Of a stretch of 50,720 bases of DNA, positions 35,542 through 45,345 are shown piece by piece (position 1 is the stretch's first letter; each line of letters begins with the position of its first letter). This DNA is from Candidatus Nanoanaerosalina halalkaliphila (GTDB lineage: Archaea; Nanohalarchaeota; Nanosalinia; Nanosalinales; Nanoanaerosalinaceae). The stretch is taken from the NCBI GenBank assembly GCA_022729335.1, contig JALDAE010000002.1, positions 1 through 50,720 on the forward strand, in the 5' to 3' direction. A program made the position numbers and the translations under genes. The notes beneath the pieces are model-generated. The model ran no database searches, had not been told where the DNA came from, and saw only the letters and a program-made list of their open reading frames with translations.

Positions 35542-35595
35542 GCCCCCTTCCGTTCCGGGTTTAGTCCCGGAAGGTCAAAGACGGGCTACTTTTTA
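35542..35595 (+). other. Hairpin followed by an oligo-T run (small RNA or terminator-like element)
   Basis: TTCCGGG (35553-35559) pairs with CCCGGAA (35566-35572) around the loop TTTAGT. Outer GCCC/GGGC pairing at 35542-35545 / 35583-35586. A TTTTT run follows at 35590-35594. Preceded by AAATATTTATTT about 25 nt upstream. Confidence 0.25.
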
Positions 35596-35600
35596 TTATC

Positions 35601-35693
35601 CCCACACAATATTCAGCAGGTAGTGTGTCGGGATAGCTGAGGCTCTGTGGAATCTCTTCATAAACTTCTTGGTTCCACAGGTTTTAGCCTCAG
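35601..35693. other. Two stable hairpins in non-coding DNA
   Basis: Hairpin 1: CCCACACA (35601-35608) pairs with TGTGT-c-GGG (35624-35632). Hairpin 2: CTGAGGCTCTGTGGAA (35637-35652) pairs with TTCCACAG (35673-35680) and AGCCTCAG (35686-35693), giving 16 bp interrupted by a 5-nt bulge. Confidence 0.3.
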
Positions 35694-35851
35694 TCTGAAA
35701 CATCTTGAATCTATGTTAAGATATACTCCACACCTTTAAAAAGGTTCGGGAGAGTCTCCAGCCGGTTAACAAATGTTTATTGCGCTCTACCATGTTTAAA
35801 AAACCGGTCCTGACAAGAATATTAAAGAGGTTCCTCCCAACATTATAGCTT

Positions 35852-36382
35852 ATGTGGGAACCAAACTCAGGTGTGGTGGTGGTAGATTTCCAGAAGGAGT
35901 GGAAGCAGAACGATTCTATTTACCATCTGGGAAGGACCAACATCGTGGAGAAGAAGTGTAGAACGCTTGTTCATGAAGCCCAGAAGAACTCTTCTCCGGT
36001 TGCCTACACAAAAAAACTAGGAAGGGAAGACGAGGAGGCTTTTTCTGAAGATACAGAAAATACAGATATCATAGAGGAACTTCCTGATGAAGGAGTGGAG
36101 ACATTCGAAAGGAAGAACTGGGACCCTTTCATAAACACGAGACTGGAAACTTTTTTGAAAGATATGAATGTCGGTCACCTGTACATAGCAGGGATGGCCG
36201 TAAATGCAGGAGTCAGAGAATGTGTCGAATCCGCTTTCAACAGAGGTTACTCGGTTACTTTGGTGAAGGACTGCTGTCTTGCAGAGACGTCGGAGGAGAT
36301 GCAGTTCACGGTGAAGGATCTGCAGAAATATAGGTTTATCACTGTAAAGACATTAAAGCAGGTTATCGAACAATCATGGTAA
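35852..36382 (+). CDS. Isochorismatase-family cysteine hydrolase
   Basis: VVVVDFQKEW at the N-terminus and LYIAGMAVNAGVRECVESAFNRGYSVTLVKDCC (catalytic Cys context) are typical of the isochorismatase/nicotinamidase fold. 176 aa. Confidence 0.7.
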   Translation: MWEPNSGVVVVDFQKEWKQNDSIYHLGRTNIVEKKCRTLVHEAQKNSSPVAYTKKLGREDEEAFSEDTENTDIIEELPDEGVETFERKNWDPFINTRLETFLKDMNVGHLYIAGMAVNAGVRECVESAFNRGYSVTLVKDCCLAETSEEMQFTVKDLQKYRFITVKTLKQVIEQSW

Positions 36383-36439
36383 CAAATGCTTTCTTGTGCC
36401 AAAAAATATTATTTAACGACCCCCATTAATATTTAAAGT

Positions 36440-36458
36440 CCGAAAAAACTTTTTTCGG
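36440..36458. terminator. Perfect 9-bp inverted repeat CCGAAAAAA-c-TTTTTTCGG
   Basis: Read directly from the sequence. Lies 58 nt after the isochorismatase-family stop and 22 nt before the E1-alpha ATG. The T6 run is consistent with an archaeal terminator, though it could also be a 5'-UTR hairpin of the dehydrogenase operon. Confidence 0.35.
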
Positions 36459-36479
36459 CCCTGAGGAGTTGATATAATT

Positions 36480-37553
36480 ATGCCAGTCAAAGAAGTGAAA
36501 GAAGGAGTTGAACATATACAAATTCTAGATAAAGAAGGAAACGTTGACGAAGAACTTGAGCCCGACATCCCAGATGAAAAACTGCTGGAAATGTATCGTG
36601 ACATGATGTATGCAAGGAAGCTGGACGAAAAAGCTTTCAAGTTACAGAGAAGGGGTGACGCCGGAACATACGCTCCTGTAAAGGGTGAAGAAGCTTGTCA
36701 GGTAGGTCCTGCTCATGCACTGGAGGAATCCGACTGGTTTGTTCCTTCCTTCCGTGAGGCTGCATTCGCACTGACAAGAGGAATGTCCCCGGTGAAACTT
36801 TTCAGGTACTTTATGGGAGATCCTTACGGAAACAAGGTGGAGGACACACATAATCTGCCGGTTTCAATTCCTATAGCATCCCAGACGCTTCATGCAACAG
36901 GAATAGGGATGGCAACAAACATAAAAGATGAAAACGAGGTAACAATCACATATTTCGGAGACGGAGCAACTTCTCAGGGAGATTTTCACGGAGCACTCAA
37001 CTTTGCTGGCGTATATGAAGCACCTGTAATATTCTTCAACCAGAACAACCGTTACGCCATATCCGTACCAAGGGAAAAACAGACTGCCTCGGAAACACTT
37101 GCACAGAAAGCCAAGGCCTACGGTATAAAAGGTCTGCAAGTGGACGGTAACGACATACTCGCTACTTATAAGGTTGCAAGTGAAGCCGCAGAGAGAGCCA
37201 GGAAAGGAGGGGGGCCAACACTTATAGAGGGTCTTACATACAGGCTTGGAGTTCACACAACATCAGACGATCCGTCAAGATACAGAAGTGAAGAAGAAGT
37301 CGAAAAATGGAAGAAAAGAGATCCTATTAAGCGTTTCAAAAAATATCTGTTGGACAAAGGCGTACTGGATGAGGAAAAAATCGACGAAATCAACGAAGAA
37401 ATAGACAAAGACCTGGAAGAAAAGGTCGAAGAAGCTCTTGAAATGGGTTCTGTGGAAACCGAGAACATGTTCAAACACGTGTACGACGAGGTTCCACAGA
37501 GGCTGAAGAAGCAGTTAGAAAAAGCAAAGGAAAGAGAAGGAGGTGATAATTGA
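36480..37553 (+). CDS. pdhA: 2-oxoacid (pyruvate) dehydrogenase E1 component, alpha subunit
   Basis: TPP-binding motif YFGDGATSQGDFHGALNFAGVYEAPVIFFNQNNRYAIS. GAGGAG lies upstream. Confidence 0.9.
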   Translation: MPVKEVKEGVEHIQILDKEGNVDEELEPDIPDEKLLEMYRDMMYARKLDEKAFKLQRRGDAGTYAPVKGEEACQVGPAHALEESDWFVPSFREAAFALTRGMSPVKLFRYFMGDPYGNKVEDTHNLPVSIPIASQTLHATGIGMATNIKDENEVTITYFGDGATSQGDFHGALNFAGVYEAPVIFFNQNNRYAISVPREKQTASETLAQKAKAYGIKGLQVDGNDILATYKVASEAAERARKGGGPTLIEGLTYRLGVHTTSDDPSRYRSEEEVEKWKKRDPIKRFKKYLLDKGVLDEEKIDEINEEIDKDLEEKVEEALEMGSVETENMFKHVYDEVPQRLKKQLEKAKEREGGDN

Positions 37554-38515
37554 TGGGAGAGAAAAACATAGTTGAAGCTATAAGAGACACTCTGGATGAA
37601 CAGATGGGTAAAAACGATGATATAGTGGTACTTGGAGAGGACGTCGGTGTCAACGGAGGTGTATTCCGTGCTACAGATGGCCTTCATGACAAATACGGAG
37701 AGGAAAGAGTTATGGACACTCCACTGGACGAAGCAGGCATCCTTGGAACAGCCACAGGAATGGCTGTTAACGGGCTAAGGCCTGTTGCCGAGATACAGTT
37801 CTCCGGGTTCATTCCTCAGGCGTTCCACCATGTCAAACAGCACATATCCAGGATGAGGATGCGTACACAGGGAGATATCAATCTTCCGATGGTAATAAGA
37901 TCGCCCTACGGAGGAGGTATAGAAGCTCTAGAGCATCATTCAGAGTCTCAAGAAGCTCTTTACAGCCATATAGGAGGCTTAAAAGTCGTGATACCTTCCA
38001 ATCCTTCAGATGCCAGGAACCTGTTGATAGAATCGATCAAGGATCCTGATCCTGTTCTTTTCCTGGAACCAAAAAAGATATACCGTGCTTTCAAGGAAGA
38101 AGTAAGGGACGAGAACGTGGAGATCGGAAAAGCAAACACTGTAGAGAAAGGAAGCGATGTGACAGTTGTTTCATGGGGTGCAATGCTAAGGGAAACGATG
38201 GAAGCCATGGAAGACATCGATGCATCAGTTGAACTCATAGACATGAGAACCGTGAATCCTCTGGACGATGAAAAAATCCTTGAATCAGTCCGGAAGACAG
38301 GCAGGCTTGTTGTGGTTTCGGAGGAGCCAAGAACCGCCAGCATGGCAGGAGAGATTTCGGCAACCGTTTCAGAAGAAGCAATTCTTAGTTTGAAAGCCCC
38401 TATTAAACGAATAACAGGTTTCGACATACCCTATCCTCTTTATCAGAACGAGGACATCTACATGCCTGACAGCCAGGATATAAAGAAGGGTATAAAAGAA
38501 ACGCTTGAATTCTAG
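37553..38515 (+). CDS. pdhB: 2-oxoacid (pyruvate) dehydrogenase E1 component, beta subunit
   Basis: VVLGEDVGVNGGVFRAT and DTPLDEAGILGTATGMAVNGLRPV motifs. ATG overlaps the alpha-subunit stop (TGATG), with GGAGGTGA upstream. The track start is TTG at 37550. Confidence 0.9.
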   Translation: MGEKNIVEAIRDTLDEQMGKNDDIVVLGEDVGVNGGVFRATDGLHDKYGEERVMDTPLDEAGILGTATGMAVNGLRPVAEIQFSGFIPQAFHHVKQHISRMRMRTQGDINLPMVIRSPYGGGIEALEHHSESQEALYSHIGGLKVVIPSNPSDARNLLIESIKDPDPVLFLEPKKIYRAFKEEVRDENVEIGKANTVEKGSDVTVVSWGAMLRETMEAMEDIDASVELIDMRTVNPLDDEKILESVRKTGRLVVVSEEPRTASMAGEISATVSEEAILSLKAPIKRITGFDIPYPLYQNEDIYMPDSQDIKKGIKETLEF

Positions 38516-38525
38516 GTGATTCAAA

Positions 38526-39944
38526 ATGGTAGAAAAATTCAGGTTTCCTGATGTAGGAGAAGGAATCAGAGAAGGAAAGCTGATAGAATGGACCGTGTCA
38601 GAGGGTGAAAAAGTCGAGGAGGACCAGACACTTGCAGAAGTAGAGACCGACAAGGCCGTGGTTGACGTTCCATCTCCAGGCGAAGGCAAAATAAATGAGC
38701 TACTGGCAGATGAGGGAGACAACATCCAGGTCGGTGAAGTCATACTCACACTTGAAGGCTCGGAAGAAGAGAAAACAGAAGAACCGGAAGATGAGCAGGA
38801 AAAAGAAGAGGTAGAAAAAGTCCAGGTATCGGAAGAACCTTCAGAAAACGTAAAGGCTATGCCCAGGACGAGAAAGTTTGCAGAGGAAAAAGGAGTTGAC
38901 CTGGCAAAGATAAATGCAGAAGGCGTAATCAAGAAAAAAGATGTTAAAAACTTTTTGAAAGACCAAGAAACAGAGGCGAAGGAGAAAAAACCTTCGAAAG
39001 AACAAGAAAGAGTTCTTGCATCCCCCTCAACAAGGAAATACGCCAGAAACAAAGGAGTTGATATACATGAAGTCGAGGGAACTGGTCCCGGTGGAAGGAT
39101 CGAGAAAGACGATATAGACAGGTTTATTGACAAACACTCGGAAGAGAAAGGAAAGGTTGTCAGGGAGAAGGTGAGCGACGCACCTGTAGGCAAAGTCGAG
39201 TTCAGGCATCCAAGTCTGGAGGACTACGACTTCGAAAAGTACGGAGAAGTCGAGAAAGAAGAGGTTTCCAGCGTTAGGAGATCAATAACCAAAAACCTTG
39301 TGGAATCGAAATACACCGCTCCACACGTAACCGTAACAAGGGACGTAATAATTTCCGAGCTCTGGAGGATCAAAAACAGGAAAAAAGAACTGGCAGCGGA
39401 ACAGGATGTAAAGCTGACGCTTACTCCTTTCATAGCCAAGGCAGTTATCGGGAGTTTGATGAAGTATCCATACATGAATGCTTCATACGACGAGGAGAAA
39501 GGAGAAATCATAAAGAAGAAGTACTACAACCTCGGGGTGGCTGTGGCTACGGACGAAGGTCTGAAAGTCCCTGTCATCAAGAAAGCGGACAACAAGAACA
39601 TCCTTCAGCTAGGCAAGAAGATCAATGAAAAAGCCGAAAAGGCAAGGAAAGGTGATTTAAAACTTGATGACGTGAGAGGAAGCAGTTTCAGCATAACAAA
39701 CTGGGGAAGCATAGGCGGAGAGTACGGTACACCGCTGATAAATTATCCGGATGTAGGAATCCTGGGGATAGGAAAGATAAAGGAGAAACCTGTTGCAGTA
39801 GACGGAGATGTTAGAGTTGAAAAGGTTCTTCCTCTGTCACTGACTTTTGATCATAGAGCAATAGACGGAGCATATGCAGCAGAATTCATCGAATCAGTTT
39901 CAAAACATCTTGAAGATTCAGAACTACTTTTGATAGAGGAATAG
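38526..39944 (+). CDS. pdhC: Dihydrolipoamide acyltransferase (E2)
   Basis: Lipoyl domain with [14 protein letters not shown]. Peripheral-subunit-binding-like segments at aa 111-144 and 165-200. Catalytic [12 protein letters not shown]. Confidence 0.9.
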   Translation: MVEKFRFPDVGEGIREGKLIEWTVSEGEKVEEDQTLAEVETDKAVVDVPSPGEGKINELLADEGDNIQVGEVILTLEGSEEEKTEEPEDEQEKEEVEKVQVSEEPSENVKAMPRTRKFAEEKGVDLAKINAEGVIKKKDVKNFLKDQETEAKEKKPSKEQERVLASPSTRKYARNKGVDIHEVEGTGPGGRIEKDDIDRFIDKHSEEKGKVVREKVSDAPVGKVEFRHPSLEDYDFEKYGEVEKEEVSSVRRSITKNLVESKYTAPHVTVTRDVIISELWRIKNRKKELAAEQDVKLTLTPFIAKAVIGSLMKYPYMNASYDEEKGEIIKKKYYNLGVAVATDEGLKVPVIKKADNKNILQLGKKINEKAEKARKGDLKLDDVRGSSFSITNWGSIGGEYGTPLINYPDVGILGIGKIKEKPVAVDGDVRVEKVLPLSLTFDHRAIDGAYAAEFIESVSKHLEDSELLLIEE

Positions 39945-39953
39945 GACGATAAA

Positions 39954-41348
39954 ATGGTAGTTGGAAATATTAAAGAGTCAGCGGATGTTGTTGTGGTGGG
40001 TGCCGGGCCTGGAGGATATGTGGCAGCGATAAAACTAGCTCAAATGGGAAAAGATGTCAAGCTGGTTGAAGAAAACAAGGTAGGCGGTGTATGCCTTAAC
40101 GACGGTTGCATACCTTCCAAATCCTTGATACATGTTGCTGATAACTTCAAAGAAATCAAAGAGCTCGAAAGCATCGATCAAGACCTTGAGATAGATGCTG
40201 GTGCACTCCAGAACTGGAAGGAAGAGGTCGTCAACAAGCTTACTTCCGGAGTGAAGATGCTGGAGAACAGGAACGGCGTGGAAATCATAGAGGGACGAGC
40301 CAAGCTGACAAACGAAAAAGAGTTGCATATAAATACTGAGGAAGCTTCAAAGACGCTCAAGTTCAACGAATGTGTCCTGGCCACTGGTTCAAAACCTGTC
40401 GAGATCCCGGGCATGGAGTTCTCAAAAGAAGGAATAATAAGTTCAAAAGAGGCGCTGAAGCTAGATGAGATACCCGATGAGCTTCTGGTGATAGGCGGAG
40501 GCTATATAGGCATGGAGCTTGGAACCGTGTATCAGAAACTGGGTTCCGATGTGACCGTTCTGGAGGCCTCGGACAGGATTCTCTCCGTTATGAACGAGGA
40601 AGCATCCAAGGTAGTCAAGAAAAGAGCCGAAGAACTGGGAATGAAAATTGTAACAGGAGAAAAAGCAGAGAGTTCTGAATTAAAAGACGGGAAAAGAGTC
40701 GTAAAAACCAATTTCTCCAGCTATTCAGCGGACAAAGTTCTTGTTTCGGTCGGAAGAACCCCCAGAACCGAGAACATCGGTATCGAAAAAACAGGTATCG
40801 AAAAAACAGAAGGAGGCTTCATAAGGACAGATGAGACCATGGAAACAACTTCAGAAGGAATTTATGCTATAGGAGATGTAGCAGGTCACCCCATGCTCGC
40901 TCACAAGGCAATGCACGAGGGAAGAGTGGCCGCAAAAACCATAGCAGGTGAAACTTCTTTCGCAACAAGGCAAGCTATGCCTTCAGTCCTATATACCGAT
41001 CCTGAAATAGCCAGCACAGGTATGTCTGAAAGAGAGGCAGAAGAAAAAGGTATAGAAACCGTAACAGGAAAGTTTCCTATGGGAGCAAATGGAAGAGCCA
41101 TGACTATGGATTACAAAGAAGGTTTTGTCAAGCTTGTTGCCGATAAAGAAAACAAAACACTAATAGGAGCCACTGTATGCAGTCCTGAAGCCTCAGAGAT
41201 AATCTCCGAGCTAAGTCTGGGTATAGAAATGGGCTGTCTTGTTGAGGACCTGGCCATGACCGTTCATCCTCACCCATCAATTTCTGAAGCGGTTATGGAA
41301 GCTGCAGAGGAGATAGTGGGCGAACCGGTTCACAAGTACAAGCATTAA
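39954..41348 (+). CDS. lpdA: Dihydrolipoamide dehydrogenase (E3)
   Basis: VVVGAGPGGYVAA FAD motif, redox-active GGVCLNDGCIPSK, and the C-terminal HPHPSISE interface motif. Confidence 0.9.
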   Translation: MVVGNIKESADVVVVGAGPGGYVAAIKLAQMGKDVKLVEENKVGGVCLNDGCIPSKSLIHVADNFKEIKELESIDQDLEIDAGALQNWKEEVVNKLTSGVKMLENRNGVEIIEGRAKLTNEKELHINTEEASKTLKFNECVLATGSKPVEIPGMEFSKEGIISSKEALKLDEIPDELLVIGGGYIGMELGTVYQKLGSDVTVLEASDRILSVMNEEASKVVKKRAEELGMKIVTGEKAESSELKDGKRVVKTNFSSYSADKVLVSVGRTPRTENIGIEKTGIEKTEGGFIRTDETMETTSEGIYAIGDVAGHPMLAHKAMHEGRVAAKTIAGETSFATRQAMPSVLYTDPEIASTGMSEREAEEKGIETVTGKFPMGANGRAMTMDYKEGFVKLVADKENKTLIGATVCSPEASEIISELSLGIEMGCLVEDLAMTVHPHPSISEAVMEAAEEIVGEPVHKYKH

Positions 41349-41373
41349 AAACTTGAAAGAAAAACTTCTTTCC

Positions 41374-42351
41374 ATGAAGAAACTTGCCAAGAACGTTCTC
41401 GGGCTTTTCGTACTCGAAGACGAGGAGCTAGTAGAATTTTTTAGTTTCTCCAAAGACCCTCTGGAAGTTACAAAGAAATTAAAGCAGACCACAGACAAAG
41501 AAAAAGAACTGAAGGAGAAATACGGAGAGATGGAGGAAGCTCAGATCGATGCTTTCGATATAGGCAAAAAGGCAGGGCTTGTTGAGAGTAGGGAACAGGT
41601 ATACAGCCTGATGAAAAAAGTATCTAAGGAGTACACAAGATCAAGGATAAAGGAAGAGCAGGATCACGACCAGGTTATGATACAGGCTGTCCGAAGGCTT
41701 TCAGAACTTGATAAACAGATAAACAAGTCAATAGAGAGGTTGAAAGCATGGTACGGGCTTTACTTTCCGGAGCTTGAGCAGAAAGTTTCCGACAACGAAG
41801 AGTTTCTGGAAAAAATTTCCAACGAGTTTTACCGGGAAAAAATAATGGAAAAAATGGATATCAAGGACACCACAGGCTTTGAGATGGATGACATGGATAT
41901 AGAACATCTCAAGAACTTTGTTGACTCTACTTTAAAGATAGTTGGCGAGAAAAAAGATCTTGAGTCCTACGTGGAATCTCTTGCAGAAAGGTTGGTTCCG
42001 AACACTTCTGCAGTGGTTGGTCCTCTGCTGGCGGCAAAGACCCTGTCAGAAGCAGGTTCTCTCAAAAAACTTGCAAGGATGCCTTCATCGACCATACAGG
42101 TGCTTGGTGCCGAAAAAGCTCTTTTCAGACATATGGAAGGTAAAGGTTCTGCTCCGAAACACGGAATACTTTTTCTGCACCACACGGTGAGCGGTCTGCC
42201 TGAAGATAAAAGAGGCAAGATGGCCAGATATCTTTCAAACAAACTGGCGCTTGCAGCAAGACTCGACATGTACGAGGGCGAATTCAAGGGAGAAGAGTAC
42301 CGTGAAGAGGTCGAAGAAAAATATAGAAAACTGAAGGAGGGTGAAAAATGA
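41374..42351 (+). CDS. nop5: Nop5 (Nop56/58) C/D box sRNP core protein
   Basis: GPLLAAKTLSEAGSLKKLARMPSSTIQVLGAEKALFRH Nop-domain motif. Precedes fibrillarin as in most archaea. ATG at 41374 (MKKLAKNVLGLFVLED) is preferred over the track TTG at 41353. Confidence 0.85.
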   Translation: MKKLAKNVLGLFVLEDEELVEFFSFSKDPLEVTKKLKQTTDKEKELKEKYGEMEEAQIDAFDIGKKAGLVESREQVYSLMKKVSKEYTRSRIKEEQDHDQVMIQAVRRLSELDKQINKSIERLKAWYGLYFPELEQKVSDNEEFLEKISNEFYREKIMEKMDIKDTTGFEMDDMDIEHLKNFVDSTLKIVGEKKDLESYVESLAERLVPNTSAVVGPLLAAKTLSEAGSLKKLARMPSSTIQVLGAEKALFRHMEGKGSAPKHGILFLHHTVSGLPEDKRGKMARYLSNKLALAARLDMYEGEFKGEEYREEVEEKYRKLKEGEK

Positions 42352-43001
42352 AGGAGATACATCCAGGGATCCACGAACACAGCGGTAAACTATACACAAA
42401 AAATTTGGTTCCGGGAGAAACAGTATACGGCGAAAAAACAGTTGATGAAAAAGGCGAAGAATTCAGGGAGTGGGAGCCAGGAAGATCAAAGCTGGGAGCC
42501 GCGATAAAAAACGGTCTGCCAGAAACAGGCATAAAAAAGGATTCAAAAGTTCTTTATCTGGGAGCGGCTTCGGGTACAACGGTATCGCATGTATCGGATA
42601 TAGCTAGAAAAGGTGTTGTCTTCGGTATCGAATACTCGAAAAAGGTGGTTAGAGACCTTCTGAGAAATTCAAAAAAGCGTGAAAATGTCTGTCCTATTCT
42701 CGGTGATGCAAGGAAACCTTCAGAGTACTCAAATATTGTAGACAAGGTTGACATAGTGTTTCAGGATGTGGCTCAGCCCGACCAGGCCAAGATTTTCCGC
42801 AAGAACTGCGATAAATTCCTCAAGGATTCCGGTATAGGTCTTCTGGCCATAAAATCACAATCCATTTCTTCTTCAAGACCTGCAAAAGAGATTTTTAGGG
42901 AACAGGAGGAGAAAATGAAAAAGTTTTTCGAAATCAAGTGGAAGAGCGGTCTGGAACCCCATGAAGAGGGTCACATGTTTTATCTTCTCGAGAAAAAATA
43001 G
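42348..43001 (+). CDS. flpA: Fibrillarin (rRNA/tRNA 2'-O-methyltransferase)
   Basis: SKVLYLGAASGTTVSHVSDI SAM-binding motif. ATGA overlap with nop5, with GGAGGGTGA upstream. Confidence 0.9.
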   Translation: MKEIHPGIHEHSGKLYTKNLVPGETVYGEKTVDEKGEEFREWEPGRSKLGAAIKNGLPETGIKKDSKVLYLGAASGTTVSHVSDIARKGVVFGIEYSKKVVRDLLRNSKKRENVCPILGDARKPSEYSNIVDKVDIVFQDVAQPDQAKIFRKNCDKFLKDSGIGLLAIKSQSISSSRPAKEIFREQEEKMKKFFEIKWKSGLEPHEEGHMFYLLEKK

Positions 43002-44198
43002 TTACCTGGTTTCCGCCTTTAGCGCGATAAGTTCAACCGATACTTCCCGTCCGGTTCTTGCCTCTAGCTGATCCTCGAGTGCCTCCACATCGACCTCCGG
43101 ATTAAAAGCCATTATCTCTATATGTATCTGTTGACCGGATATCTCCACATCTCTGCTTAGTATGTTGTCCGAAAAAGACGAATCAACAACCTGATCTATA
43201 TCTGATCTCAGGTTGGTTGACTGTATATTTTGAAAGGTAAGGTACCCCACAAAAACAGAAATCAGAAGTATTGAAACTGCCGATATCATTATAGCCTGTT
43301 TCATCTTCTCCTGTGATACTTTCTTCCTGTAGTACGTTGAAGGAGATACTCCCACAAACTTGAACGTTATAGAACCCGCAAGTATTAGAGCCGCCATATT
43401 GGTCAAAATAACTATCAGAGAGTTCAAGAACATCGAAATTGCTCCGATAGAAAGTGAAATCCCTGAAACTGCGGCCGGCGGTACAAGAGCAATCGCCACC
43501 GCAACACCTGCAAGCTGTTCCTTGTTCCCTGATACAAAGGTAAGGGCAGATGCAGAACCAACAAAAATCGAAAGAGGTACAATTATCAGAGTCGGATTTG
43601 CCACCATTTCCATCAGAGCATTGGGTTCTTCAAAACCCGGTTTTGGAATTATGAAAGCTATTAATATAGCTATAGCAACCCCAAAAACAGCATTCATGAA
43701 GCTGTTCTTTATTATCCTTCTGTCACCGATAACAAAACCAAAAGAAGAAGCTATGAAAGGTCCTATAAGAGGTGCAATAACCATAGCACCCACAACCACC
43801 ATAACATTCTCCATCATCATTCCAAATACAGCTATGCCTGCCGAAAGCATTATAAGAACCCATGAAGAAATATCGAACTGTGAGAAAGTTAGCGCCTTTG
43901 AATACATCTCCTGGGTCGAGAGCTGAGAGGAAACGTTCTTCATCTTCTTGCCTTTCTCTATCTTCGCCTCCTCCTCTATTATCTCAACTGTAAGATCGCC
44001 TGATTTTACCTCCTTTATATGACGGACTTTCTCTATAAGTTCGTCTATGTCATCAGGCTCAACTATCATCTGGAACTTCACATACTTTCCGTCCTCTTTC
44101 TTTACCTCGCTATAGGTAACGTCTTCACAGAACTCATTTACAACTTCATCAACAGCGTCTCTGTTGTTTCTGGGAACAGTGATCTCGAGCCTCTTCAT
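43002..44198 (-). CDS. DUF389-like integral membrane protein with N-terminal soluble domain
   Basis: 398 aa. The hydrophobic core includes VVGAMVIAPLIGPFIASSFG, which resembles the DUF389 family signature, and there are multiple TM helices. The call is from memory of the family pattern. Confidence 0.55.
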   Translation of the reverse strand: MKRLEITVPRNNRDAVDEVVNEFCEDVTYSEVKKEDGKYVKFQMIVEPDDIDELIEKVRHIKEVKSGDLTVEIIEEEAKIEKGKKMKNVSSQLSTQEMYSKALTFSQFDISSWVLIMLSAGIAVFGMMMENVMVVVGAMVIAPLIGPFIASSFGFVIGDRRIIKNSFMNAVFGVAIAILIAFIIPKPGFEEPNALMEMVANPTLIIVPLSIFVGSASALTFVSGNKEQLAGVAVAIALVPPAAVSGISLSIGAISMFLNSLIVILTNMAALILAGSITFKFVGVSPSTYYRKKVSQEKMKQAIMISAVSILLISVFVGYLTFQNIQSTNLRSDIDQVVDSSFSDNILSRDVEISGQQIHIEIMAFNPEVDVEALEDQLEARTGREVSVELIALKAETR

Positions 44199-44242
44199 CA
44201 GAAAGAAATTGGGATTTCTTCCTTAATAGCTTAACCTCGTCA

Positions 44243-45343
44243 TCATTCAACCTGAGGCATGTTTTCTATAACATTCTCCTTGAACTTTTCAACATGCTCT
44301 CTGGACATAGAGGCGCCAGCTGCCTTTCTATGGCCACCTGCCTCTGCTTTTTCATCCACATCTTCTGGAAGAGATTTTCTTAATACACCTCCAAGATCTA
44401 AACGTCCTGACTGACATCTGGAAGAAATATTTGCGCTGCCGTCAAACATACGGATAGTTACAAAAACCCAATCTTTATTATCAACAGATATCTGAGTTGC
44501 CAAAGAAGAATTTACATGATAGGGAGATTCAAAAGTAAATATCACCAGTTTTTTATCCTCGTATACTTCCTTCTCCTCCTCAAAATTTTCTTTAATATTT
44601 TCAATTTCCTGGCTGACGCTTTCATAGCTCTTGTAAAGTTCCTTATATGAATCATGGCTTTCTATGTATTTTATACCTCTTGATTCTGTCAAAACTTCAA
44701 AAACAAGTTTTGAACACCTATTGGTATCCTTGTAAGGTTTTACATTCATCACAGAGCTGTAAGTTCCGTATCTGCAGTTCTTCGCAAGGTTGTACTGGCT
44801 GAGGTTTGAAGGAAAGTACTGGGGATGAAGCCTCTTTAGTTTCTCGAACAGCCCCATGGCCTGATTAACTCCGAAATCCTGTATTATTCCGAGACCAGCG
44901 ATCCAGTCAAGGTCCAGCCCAAATCTCTTCGATATATCGTTGCAAAGCTTTGAAGCAGGGATGTATATGTCAGGATTCTCTTTTCTGGGGTTAACCAGTA
45001 TGCCTTTTTCGGGATCTCTGTCAAAATCGTGGTGATCAATAACCAGAACATCCAGACCGAACTCTTCGGTAAGTTCAGAAACTCTGTCAGAAGGAACGCT
45101 TATATCCAGAACTATCAGCTTGGTAATATCTTTCTTCTGAACAAGTCTTTCGGTGCTCTCTCCCACATAGTGTTTTCTGCCCTCAGGAACCTTCAGAAAA
45201 TCAGCTCCATCTCCCCTAACTTCTTCTATTATCTTGGATATTATAGCAGCAGAGCAGGATCCATCCATATCCCAGTGATTAACTACAAGTACTGTGTCGT
45301 CTTCATCTATACTATCCAGGTAATCAACAGCTTCTTCGTACAT
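44243..45343 (-). CDS. DHH/DHHA1-family phosphoesterase (NrnA/RecJ-like)
   Basis: Motifs VLVVNHWDMDGSCS (DHH motif I/II), LVIDHHD (DHH) and GGHRKAAG (DHHA1 GGH). 366 aa. Confidence 0.75.
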   Translation of the reverse strand: MYEEAVDYLDSIDEDDTVLVVNHWDMDGSCSAAIISKIIEEVRGDGADFLKVPEGRKHYVGESTERLVQKKDITKLIVLDISVPSDRVSELTEEFGLDVLVIDHHDFDRDPEKGILVNPRKENPDIYIPASKLCNDISKRFGLDLDWIAGLGIIQDFGVNQAMGLFEKLKRLHPQYFPSNLSQYNLAKNCRYGTYSSVMNVKPYKDTNRCSKLVFEVLTESRGIKYIESHDSYKELYKSYESVSQEIENIKENFEEEKEVYEDKKLVIFTFESPYHVNSSLATQISVDNKDWVFVTIRMFDGSANISSRCQSGRLDLGGVLRKSLPEDVDEKAEAGGHRKAAGASMSREHVEKFKENVIENMPQVE

Positions 45344-45345
45344 CT

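Noticed and set aside
35358-35851. Possibility that the long structured spacer encodes SRP (7S) RNA or RNase P RNA
   Set aside because: I could not find the RNase P CR-I block (GAGGAAAGUCC) on either strand. CCCGGAAGG at 35566-35574 superficially recalls the SRP helix-8 GGAA tetraloop, but the flanking AGCA-type loop and complementary strand are missing. A/T-rich promoter- and terminator-like tracts also break the region into short units. An Infernal scan would settle this.
38369-39193. 274-aa minus-strand ORF antisense to the E1-beta/E2 junction
   Set aside because: It is Ser/Phe/Leu-rich low complexity, generated by reading GAA/GAG/AAG-rich sense codons backwards. The sense strand encodes unmistakable E2 lipoyl and PSBD domains.
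43360-43926. 188-aa plus-strand ORF antisense to the DUF389-like membrane protein
   Set aside because: It is the mirror of a hydrophobic-helix-coding region (antisense of GC-rich Ala/Gly/Ile codons). The sense ORF is longer and has the family-like motif.
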